From Candidatus Lokiarchaeum ossiferum (GTDB lineage Archaea; Asgardarchaeota; Lokiarchaeia; Sigyniarchaeales; Promethearchaeaceae): a stretch of 32,000 bases of DNA. Shown here in pieces: positions 9,247 through 16,954 of the stretch. The notes below the pieces were generated by a model. The model saw only the letters and a list, made by a program, of their open reading frames with translations. It was not told where the DNA came from and ran no database searches. The stretch covers positions 1,620,001-1,652,000 of the forward strand of contig CP104013.1 in assembly GCA_025839675.1 (NCBI GenBank), read 5' to 3'. The position numbers and the translations under genes were made by a program. The first letter of the stretch is position 1; the number at the start of each line of letters is the position of its first letter.

Positions 9247-10860
9247 ATGGCCGTAACATTGGAAACAAAAGTTAAACATGTATCAGTCTATCAATCAGGT
9301 GCCAGATTAACACATATTGGAGAGTTGGAATTAAAACCAGGCAAGAATACGCTAGTTATCAAAAAACTCACCAAAAGACTGGATAAAGAATCGGTTCGAG
9401 TCAAAGGCACCGGACATGGACAAATTATAAATGTGAATATTGAACGTCACACCCAAAAAGAAAGTAAACTGCCAGAATTGAATGAAATACGGAAAAAAAC
9501 AGACCAATTACAGCGAGAACTACACTACACTCAAGATAATCTGAAGATGTTGGAAGAACGGTATCAAAATCATATCGATTTTTCCAAAATTTTTTTTAAA
9601 AGAGCTCCAACCTATTTCAATAAAAATGAAATAAACCTCGAAAAAATTTCAGCAATGGAACAACATATTGAGAAAAAGGATGAGCTTTATCTATCAAAAC
9701 GCCACGAATATGAAAGTAAATTAGAAAAACTAAATGATGAACTCCACGAACTTCAAAAGGAAGCAAATAATATCGGAACAGCCCAAAAAATCGAAGAATT
9801 CTATGAGATTTCCATTAATTTAGAGGTTCTTCAAGAAGGGAAATTTGAGATTGAGGTACAATTTCAAATTCCTGATGCCTATTGGATTCCATTTTATGAT
9901 GTAAATTTAAGCGAAAAAAATGCACATCTGAAATTATTAGGAAACGTGTTTAATAACTCAGGTGAGGATTGGAAAGAGGTACAATTAGAAATTTCAAGTG
10001 CAAACTTGCGACCAGTAAGAATCATTAAACCCAGGCCGATGATCGTAAAAGAACTGCAACCTCTTCCCCCACCAAGGCCAGTGAGCGCTTCTCTTAAAAA
10101 GAGGGGAAAGATGAAAGCAATGAGCGGTAACATTATGAAAGGTGGGAGAGATATGGAAGAATCTATCGGATTTGCAGCTGAAGCAGAGCCATTAGCTAGA
10201 TCAGTTCCAAGAATGCAACAACGAATGGCAAAAATCGATGAAAGTTTAGGTGTTCAATCTTACCAATTACCCACACCCTTAAATATTCCTTCAGATCGAC
10301 ATCCACATCCAGTAACTTTAGTTGAAACGATTTTAGATACGAAGAAAGGATATTTTTGGAGTGTAGCTGCCCCAGATATGATAATCATTAAAGATACTAT
10401 CACAAATGGAGATTTATTATTATTGCCTGGTAATGCCAAGGTTTATTATGAGGGAGAATTTATTGGAGAATCTCAAATACCTTTAATTGCCCCAAAAGAA
10501 TCTCTTGAACTCGGAACTCGACGGACATATGATCTCAAGGTAATTAAACGGTTAAAAAACAGATCTTCCAATAAAGAAGGGATCTTGAAAGGGAAAATTG
10601 GTAAGGCTTACCAATATGAAATTGAAATTTCGGTGCTAAAGCCTAATAAATATAAATTAAAACTGATGGATCGAATGGTGCATTCCGACTCTGAAAAAAT
10701 AAAAGTTGGGAAATCTAATTTCAATATCGAACCAGAATCAAAAGATCTCGGCATTTTGACATGGAATTTAGATTTAACAGGAAAAGAAAAAATAGTGATT
10801 TCGTATGATTACGAGGTCATCTGGGAAAAAGAAATCCGAATCACCCCCGCTCTACCTTAA
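9247..10860 (+). CDS. DUF4140/DUF4139-type protein (MuiA-like conserved hypothetical)
   Basis: The ORF is 537 aa. The N-terminal VSVYQSGARLTHIGELELKPGKNTLVIKKLTKRLDKESVRVKG matches my memory of the DUF4140 N-terminal domain. A coiled-coil middle and a beta-rich C-terminal half follow. A TATA-like TTTAAAAAA at 9218-9226 lies about 25 nt upstream of the ATG. Confidence 0.7.
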   Translation: MAVTLETKVKHVSVYQSGARLTHIGELELKPGKNTLVIKKLTKRLDKESVRVKGTGHGQIINVNIERHTQKESKLPELNEIRKKTDQLQRELHYTQDNLKMLEERYQNHIDFSKIFFKRAPTYFNKNEINLEKISAMEQHIEKKDELYLSKRHEYESKLEKLNDELHELQKEANNIGTAQKIEEFYEISINLEVLQEGKFEIEVQFQIPDAYWIPFYDVNLSEKNAHLKLLGNVFNNSGEDWKEVQLEISSANLRPVRIIKPRPMIVKELQPLPPPRPVSASLKKRGKMKAMSGNIMKGGRDMEESIGFAAEAEPLARSVPRMQQRMAKIDESLGVQSYQLPTPLNIPSDRHPHPVTLVETILDTKKGYFWSVAAPDMIIIKDTITNGDLLLLPGNAKVYYEGEFIGESQIPLIAPKESLELGTRRTYDLKVIKRLKNRSSNKEGILKGKIGKAYQYEIEISVLKPNKYKLKLMDRMVHSDSEKIKVGKSNFNIEPESKDLGILTWNLDLTGKEKIVISYDYEVIWEKEIRITPALP

Positions 10861-10871
10861 TAATTCCAAAC

Positions 10872-10879
10872 TTTTTTTT
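10872..10879 (+). terminator. Oligo-T tract (T8) 12 nt after the DUF4139-like gene stop
   Basis: The sequence CTTTTTTTTA follows directly after the stop. Archaeal RNA polymerase is known to terminate at oligo-T tracts. Confidence 0.4.
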
Positions 10880-10908
10880 AGCTTTTTAACTAATTATAGC
10901 TCAATTTC

Positions 10909-12780
10909 ATGGAAAACCAAATTCGTTCTTTATCTAAAGCAATTGTTGCTAAATCGCACAAGGCAAAAATTATCGAATGGTTTGATCTCCATGTAGATGA
11001 AACAGGTAAGAAATTTGGTTTTAATTTTGATTTATGTAATCTGAATTTGAATAATAAAGACAATGAAAAATCAATTAACGATAATCGATTAATTGTGGGA
11101 ATAGATTGGAAAATGAGTTCAGAGGATTTTGTCAAAAATCTTGGAAAAATATTTTCAATTTGCGTCAATCAACGATCTTTAGACTCAAAAACAACTTTGG
11201 GACAAGAATTTACACCGATGGACACAGTTTCATCTATTTTCAATGGAATTGTAGATTTGAAAAACATTTGTGAAACCACAAATATCCTTGATTTTGCTTG
11301 TGGAACAGGAAATTTTATCGGATGGTGCCTTAGATATCAATTAGAAGCGTTTTTCAAAGATCAAAATGAAAAAAGAACACAAAATATGACTAAAAATTTC
11401 AATAACAGATTAGAAACATTATCCCATCACTTGATTGCGGTGGATATTGATCCCCTGTCTTGTTTTACTACGGCGATATATACATCTTTAATAATTTTAC
11501 ATTTCATTCTACGATTTAATTTAACATTTGATAAAAAAATACAAAAAATGTGTTTTCCAGTTTGGATTATTCATGAGAATTTCTTCGATTTTGGAATGAA
11601 ATATCCGACAATCTCTCCAGAGATTATTTTAGGCAACCCACCCTATTTATTTTCACGAAATCTTCCTGTTGATACACTTAAATTTTTGAAATCGAGAAAA
11701 TTTCAATCCGCACGTGGACAATTTGATCTTTCAGATGTGTTTTTGGAACACTCTATGAATTTATTGCAATCTGGGGGAATTTTAGGGGTGATTATTCCAG
11801 AAACAATAACCATTTTAGAAAATCGACAGAAAATCAGAAAATATCTCATTAAAAATTCGGATGTCCTAAAAATTCAACATGTTTCAGGTACTTTCACAAA
11901 TATTTCTGTTGAAAATATTCTTTTGTTTGCTCAAAAAAGTCAAAAGATACATAATGAGATGCTGACGATTTCTTGGGAAAATTTCCAATCTCAAATTATC
12001 AAAAGAAGCGATTTGCTTGAAAAAACACATTTTCCGCTAATATATTCCACCAATATTACTAAAGAAATCATTGCATGGGTTGAAAAGAATTTCATCTCAA
12101 TAGATGAATGGAATGAAATACATCCGGAAGTTGCAATTAAAGTGTTTAGAGGGGTGGAACTCTCAAAAAAGGGAGAAATCATGCAATGCCCAAAATGTGA
12201 TAAATGGATGCCCTATTCCCAAAAAAGAAAGACATGTTCCCATTGCAATTCAGAATTAAATAGAAATGGAAAAATTAAGAAAATAATCAAGAAAATGGAG
12301 AAACTTGGCGAGGCAGAAAAATTTCGCCCTTTCATTCCGCATTTTACTACTAATCAACCTTGCGTTATACCAAGTGCAAGAATTGAACTTGGATATTCCG
12401 GGATCAAATACAAAAAACTGCATGATTTTTGCCCGCAACGCATATTAGTTCGACAATTACTTGCAAAAAAACGGTTATGCGCAACTACTGTGAATGACCA
12501 TTCTCTCACTTCCCAAAGTATTTACAATATTATCTTACCCCAACCATTGCAAGCAGATATTCAGAAACTTCGTAATATTTTGGCATCTGATTTGATATCC
12601 TATTATAATTATACCACATTCAGTAAGGGAAAACGGCTTTTTTCTCGAATTCTTTTACAAAAACTCAAAAATCTTCCGTGGATCCCACGCAACCAAAAAT
12701 ACTCTATTATAAACCAACTCCCAAACCATTTCATCCCTGAAATTACCACACGACTTGGGGAAAAAGATACCTTAATATAA
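10909..12780 (+). CDS. N6-adenine DNA methyltransferase (gamma-class, Eco57I/TaqI-like) with an internal zinc ribbon
   Basis: GQEFTPMDTV is motif X-like. LDFACGTGNF is motif I (aa 127-136, nt 11287-11316). AVDIDP is motif II. ILGNPPYL is motif IV (NPPY at nt 11635-11646). CPKCDKW...CSHCNSEL is a zinc ribbon, followed by a target-recognition-like C-terminus. Confidence 0.85.
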   Translation: MENQIRSLSKAIVAKSHKAKIIEWFDLHVDETGKKFGFNFDLCNLNLNNKDNEKSINDNRLIVGIDWKMSSEDFVKNLGKIFSICVNQRSLDSKTTLGQEFTPMDTVSSIFNGIVDLKNICETTNILDFACGTGNFIGWCLRYQLEAFFKDQNEKRTQNMTKNFNNRLETLSHHLIAVDIDPLSCFTTAIYTSLIILHFILRFNLTFDKKIQKMCFPVWIIHENFFDFGMKYPTISPEIILGNPPYLFSRNLPVDTLKFLKSRKFQSARGQFDLSDVFLEHSMNLLQSGGILGVIIPETITILENRQKIRKYLIKNSDVLKIQHVSGTFTNISVENILLFAQKSQKIHNEMLTISWENFQSQIIKRSDLLEKTHFPLIYSTNITKEIIAWVEKNFISIDEWNEIHPEVAIKVFRGVELSKKGEIMQCPKCDKWMPYSQKRKTCSHCNSELNRNGKIKKIIKKMEKLGEAEKFRPFIPHFTTNQPCVIPSARIELGYSGIKYKKLHDFCPQRILVRQLLAKKRLCATTVNDHSLTSQSIYNIILPQPLQADIQKLRNILASDLISYYNYTTFSKGKRLFSRILLQKLKNLPWIPRNQKYSIINQLPNHFIPEITTRLGEKDTLI

Positions 12781-12784
12781 TGCA

Positions 12785-13159
12785 TCAATCTTCTATTATT
12801 GCAAAATAACGCTTTAATGCTTTTTCAATTATTTGTTCATCAGAAATTTTTTCTTTATAAGACTGTTCTCGTAATTCTTGGATGCTTTTGATATAATCTT
12901 CAGCATCTTTGGTTAAAGCGATAACGGGTTTATCTACTTTCTCGATTAACATCTTGTAAATTCGAAACAGTGCATCATTTGAAGAACGTGAAGATTGTTC
13001 CGCATCTTTAAACAGTTCAGAGTGTACCAAAATTGCTAATTCTTCTTCTAACTTTTCAATTTTGCGAAAAACTCGATGAAGAATCACTTTCTCATAATTA
13101 GCAGAAGATAAATGTTCATCCGACATAAAAAATAATCGTTCTGCTTTGGAGAGTAGCAT
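12785..13159 (-). CDS. Hypothetical helical protein
   Basis: The ORF is 124 aa with an ATG start and charged, helix-forming composition. I recognise no motif. Confidence 0.45.
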   Translation of the reverse strand: MLLSKAERLFFMSDEHLSSANYEKVILHRVFRKIEKLEEELAILVHSELFKDAEQSSRSSNDALFRIYKMLIEKVDKPVIALTKDAEDYIKSIQELREQSYKEKISDEQIIEKALKRYFAIIED

Positions 13160-13240
13160 ATGAAGATCATAAATTTCAGAAATATATATGTTTCCCCCAA
13201 GAATTATTACGAAAAATGGTAATCATTCTATTTAAGGACC

Positions 13241-14449
13241 CTATTTAAATAAAATTGAAAAAACTTTCGGGATCATTCTATAATATTTAAACCCCAAATA
13301 GAAAATATAGCGGATAAATGTCCCTTCTTGGAACAATTTCTTAATTACTTTCAAAGGAAAATCCATATCAGCATACTCTCGTATAACATTCTGTAATGAT
13401 GTTGTGGTATAAAGATGGAAAAAGTGATTGAATTCATGGGGAGCAAGTGCTTCCAAAAGAATACGAATAATATAATGAAGTTTCAATTCGCGACCAATAG
13501 ATTTTCGTACTTTTCTTTCGTAATGATGATATAAAAAGTTATGTGAAAAATTCTTTTGGGAGATGGCAAGAGAAATAGCGGGGGCAAGAATTTTTGCGGC
13601 AGAAACCAGCATGATAATCCCACCCCCAGTTGTTGCTTTTACCATACATGCCGAATCACCAATTAAAACAGTATTTTGAAAAACCATAGGAGCTAATAAT
13701 CCCACTGGGAGTGCTCCCCCTTGTCGATCAATTTGATTTACTGAAGAGAGATTTAATTTTTTTAAAAATAGCTGAAACGCTTTATTAGGATGGTTTTTTG
13801 TGGCTAATCCCACCCGACAAACACTTCCTTCTTTTTCAGGAACGACATAGCCAAACAATTCCTTCCAGCGCGGATTAAAATACATAGATGTCTGATCGAT
13901 CGGATATTTCATTTCAAATCTTGCTTGTACGGCTGGAATGACATAATTTTTTTGATTGAAATGAGCTGCCACTTTAGAAAAAGGGCCATCAGCACCCACC
14001 ACCATGCGAGCCTTAATAATTCGTTTTGAAGTTTTAATTATTACATCGGTTTTCGACAAAGCCCAATGCTTTAGATATTTCTCTCCAAGATAATATTTCA
14101 CCCCTAAACCTTGTGCTTTACATCCAAAATACGCATCAAAGCGAACTCTATCAATAATCACAGGTGATTCTGATCCTGACATTTTAATTGATACTAAATT
14201 CGGAGCCACAATTTCCGCTATATGAACACGATTTAAAATAATATCGTCGGGGAAATCAAGTAAAGTTAAAATTTTTTGGGAAATTATTCCTGCACATTGA
14301 AAAGGTTTCCCGAGTTCGTAGTGTTCCTCGATAACTATACAATTTACGTTTTTTTCTGCGAGTAAACAGGCGAGATAATTTCCAGCAATGGAACCTCCAA
14401 TGATACACACATCCACATCCACATCAAAGTTAACCTTGGATTTTTCCAC
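13241..14449 (-). CDS. FAD-dependent oxidoreductase, geranylgeranyl reductase family
   Basis: The start is GTG at 14447-14449. The dinucleotide-binding motif is DVCIIGGSIAGNYLACLLAEKNVNCIVIEE. CAGIIS and GDSACMVKATTGGGI match conserved GGR-family segments. Confidence 0.85.
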   Translation of the reverse strand: MEKSKVNFDVDVDVCIIGGSIAGNYLACLLAEKNVNCIVIEEHYELGKPFQCAGIISQKILTLLDFPDDIILNRVHIAEIVAPNLVSIKMSGSESPVIIDRVRFDAYFGCKAQGLGVKYYLGEKYLKHWALSKTDVIIKTSKRIIKARMVVGADGPFSKVAAHFNQKNYVIPAVQARFEMKYPIDQTSMYFNPRWKELFGYVVPEKEGSVCRVGLATKNHPNKAFQLFLKKLNLSSVNQIDRQGGALPVGLLAPMVFQNTVLIGDSACMVKATTGGGIIMLVSAAKILAPAISLAISQKNFSHNFLYHHYERKVRKSIGRELKLHYIIRILLEALAPHEFNHFFHLYTTTSLQNVIREYADMDFPLKVIKKLFQEGTFIRYIFYLGFKYYRMIPKVFSILFK

Positions 14450-14526
14450 AATTAACTATATGAATCTAAGTATTTCATTTTTTCATAAAGCAATAGTTCA
14501 AAAATACCCTTTCCTTTCATTTCACC

Positions 14527-15498
14527 ATGCTATTTGTGGGCGATGAATTGAAGCGACAAAATTCAAAAGCAAAAACTTCCACCGAACCAACTCTATTCAA
14601 ACCCATTTTTCTTCCTAAAGAAGAACCAAAAGAAACACTGATCATCGAGGGACGAGGAAAATATTCAATCCGGAATAGTCTCAACAATCTTACGGGGACA
14701 GAATGGATTAAATTCACACGCTCATGGTTTGAGCACCATCCCCCACCACGAAATAAAAAACAACAAGAACATCTCCACCCCGCTAAATTTCCCGAAGATT
14801 TAATCGGAAAATTTATCCAGTACTTTACCAAAGAAGGAATGTGGGTATTGGATCCTTTCTTAGGCACGGGATCAACTTTAGTTGCTTGCGATGCGACACG
14901 TCGAAATGGAATTGGAACGGAATTAACGGAAAAATGGGCAAATATCGCAGCTAATCGTACCCAACAGTATGTGATCCAAGGAGATTGTCGAGAACTAAAA
15001 AATTATGCGCTTCCCCCCCTCGATTTTTGCATCTCTAGCCCTCCCTATTGGGATATGCTTCACCACTCCCGCGGTGGTTCTGCAAGTACCCAAAAAGCAC
15101 GGATCAGGGAAGGGTTTGATGCTACTTTTTCGGATGATGAGCGAGACATGGGGAATGTGGAAGATTATGATGATTTCATTGAGATGTTGCTTCAGCTATA
15201 CAAAGAAATTTTTGATTTAATGCGTCCTGGGGCTTATTGTGCAGTTGTGATGCAAAATTTACTAAAAAAAAATCAGGAATTTTATCCGATTGCGTGGGAA
15301 TTCGCTTTAAAGATGCGAAACTTTGGGTGGCAATTATGTCAAGAATTTTTGTGGTGCCAACGAGATAAAAAACTAGGTATCTGGGGCTATCCCAACACAT
15401 ACATTTCCAATGTCCATCACCATTATTTTTTGATTTTTCGAAAGCCACTGCCTAAAAAGAAAAAAAAAAGTCGACGAAAGAAAGAAAATAATAATTAG
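14527..15498 (+). CDS. N4/N6 amino-DNA methyltransferase (PF01555-like sequence blocks in permuted order)
   Basis: HPAKFP lies at aa 84-89. VLDPFLGTGST is motif I (nt 14851-14877). IGTELTEKWANIAANR follows it. Then comes CISSPPYW, motif IV (SPPY at nt 15037-15048), followed by YDDFIEMLLQLYKEIFDLMRPGAYCAVVM. The C-terminal tail is basic (KKKKKSRRKKENNN). Confidence 0.8.
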   Translation: MLFVGDELKRQNSKAKTSTEPTLFKPIFLPKEEPKETLIIEGRGKYSIRNSLNNLTGTEWIKFTRSWFEHHPPPRNKKQQEHLHPAKFPEDLIGKFIQYFTKEGMWVLDPFLGTGSTLVACDATRRNGIGTELTEKWANIAANRTQQYVIQGDCRELKNYALPPLDFCISSPPYWDMLHHSRGGSASTQKARIREGFDATFSDDERDMGNVEDYDDFIEMLLQLYKEIFDLMRPGAYCAVVMQNLLKKNQEFYPIAWEFALKMRNFGWQLCQEFLWCQRDKKLGIWGYPNTYISNVHHHYFLIFRKPLPKKKKKSRRKKENNN

Positions 15499-15525
15499 TA
15501 ATTTGTATTCATTGGAAGTAAGAAA

Positions 15526-16089
15526 ATGGATTTAAAAAAAATTATTGATGATATAGACAAGCAAATTATTGATATGCTCCAAGAAGATCCTACACTCACC
15601 CACAGTAAAATTGCGAAGGAATTAAAAAGATCCCAACCGGCTATTGGCGCTCGGGTCAAAAAACTCACAGAAAAAGGGATTCTAGCCACCCAAATCGGAG
15701 TTAATTTCAATCAACTTCAAGAACTAAACTTGGTGAAGGTTGAATTAAAAACGACAAGAGTTGAAGATGTTTTAGAGTTGTGCCAACATTGTCCTTATGT
15801 CTTGAATGCCTTAAAAACATCAGGTAATTACAATATAACCATCTTTTTGGCATCTGCAAGTTTGAAAAAATTGGATAATGTCCTCGACCGCCATTTTCGA
15901 GAAAAAGACTATGTCTCCCAGTTAAAAATGGATTTAGTCACCGATTTTGCCAAAAAATTTGTTTTACCCATGAATTTTCAAGCAGAAATGAGCGACGATG
16001 GAGATGATCCATGTGCTAACCACCCTCTTTGTGCCTTAGCACGTAAAAAAGCAGGTATGCGAAGTCCTGCAGAACTAAATTTAGTATAA
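15526..16089 (+). CDS. Lrp/AsnC-family transcriptional regulator with Cys-bearing effector domain and C-terminal extension
   Basis: The N-terminal winged HTH reads DKQIIDMLQEDPTLTHSKIAKELKRSQPAIGARVKKLTEKGIL. A RAM-like domain follows (VKVELK...NITIFLAS). There are cysteines in CQHCPYV and in DPCANHPLC. Confidence 0.8.
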   Translation: MDLKKIIDDIDKQIIDMLQEDPTLTHSKIAKELKRSQPAIGARVKKLTEKGILATQIGVNFNQLQELNLVKVELKTTRVEDVLELCQHCPYVLNALKTSGNYNITIFLASASLKKLDNVLDRHFREKDYVSQLKMDLVTDFAKKFVLPMNFQAEMSDDGDDPCANHPLCALARKKAGMRSPAELNLV

Positions 16090-16107
16090 GAAATCATTAT
16101 TCATTTG

Positions 16108-16116
16108 TTTTTTTTT
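16108..16116 (+). terminator. Oligo-T tract (T9) about 19 nt after the Lrp/AsnC gene stop
   Basis: The sequence TTTGTTTTTTTTTCG lies downstream of the TAA at 16087-16089. Confidence 0.45.
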
Positions 16117-16287
16117 CGTGTTGTTATTCCGGTTTCTGCCTTGTTTCACATGCAAACGAATTAAATATAATATCTTTTTGCGGCAACTATGAAAAAAAAG
16201 ACAATTTACCGCGAAAAAATTATGGACAATTTGTGAAAAATTAAAAAATCGTTGAAGCTTTTAAAGATTACTAGGAGATTTTTAAAA

Positions 16288-16746
16288 ATGGTTAAAGAAG
16301 TAATGCAAGCAGAGCTCGAAGAGCTTATCAAATGCAAAAAAATAGTAATTGTTGATTTTTCAGCAACTTGGTGTGGCCCTTGCAAGTCTATTGCAAAAGT
16401 ATTGGAATCAAAAGTGACCCCCCAATTAGAAAATGATGACGATGTCGCTCTTGTTAAACTTGATATCGACAAAAATAAAGAACTGGCCACAGCCCTTCAA
16501 GTTATGTCTGTTCCTACGATGATGTTCTTCTTCTGCGGTCAACGCATCGTATTTCAAGGTGAAAATGGAAAACAAGAAGATCGTATTGTTGGTTTTGATC
16601 CTAATATTGATAAAATGATTTTAGGATTAGTCGACCAATTGAAAAAAACACCCGAACCTGCTGCTGGTGGATGCGGATGTGGTTGTACCGGTTGTGGCAC
16701 TGAAGGTGGCCATGATAGCGATCCCGATAAAGGCTGTGGATGCTAG
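16288..16746 (+). CDS. Thioredoxin with a Cys-Gly-rich C-terminal tail
   Basis: The active site is WCGPC, and VPT (cis-Pro region) and FxxG elements are present. I prefer ATG 16288, which has AGGAG at 16274-16278, over the track TTG at 16252. The tail GGCGCGCTGCGTEGGHDSDPDKGCGC is encoded at 16666-16743. Confidence 0.9.
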   Translation: MVKEVMQAELEELIKCKKIVIVDFSATWCGPCKSIAKVLESKVTPQLENDDDVALVKLDIDKNKELATALQVMSVPTMMFFFCGQRIVFQGENGKQEDRIVGFDPNIDKMILGLVDQLKKTPEPAAGGCGCGCTGCGTEGGHDSDPDKGCGC

Positions 16747-16751
16747 TTATC

Positions 16752-16759
16752 TTTTTTTT
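16752..16759 (+). terminator. Oligo-T tract (T8) 6 nt after the thioredoxin stop
   Basis: The sequence reads TAG TTATC TTTTTTTT ATAAA. Confidence 0.45.
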
Positions 16760-16954
16760 ATAAATCTTTAATTTTGGAATATTGAAATATTATAAAAAAT
16801 CCTTTCTGAAAGGATTCTGTCCCATTTTTGGTGGTAAATTAAACTAAGTAGATTTTTTGAATTATTTTTCGATCAATCTCACTTTCTATAATTGTAAAAT
16901 CAAACTTTAAAGCATGATATCATTCTAAGCTTTATTAGCAAAAAGGTAACTTTT

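Noticed and set aside
14517-14867. A 116-aa minus-strand ORF overlaps the 5' part of the second methyltransferase.
   Set aside because: The plus-strand frame carries clear MTase blocks (HPAKFP, DPFLGTGST). The minus-frame product is W/R/C/S-rich with no motif. It would also leave no promoter space before the geranylgeranyl reductase gene.
10909-15498. The two methyltransferases plus intervening genes might form a restriction-modification or other defence island.
   Set aside because: No nuclease, helicase, ATPase or other effector motif is recognisable. The intervening 402-aa gene is a lipid-type geranylgeranyl reductase. I can support only the orphan-MTase observation.
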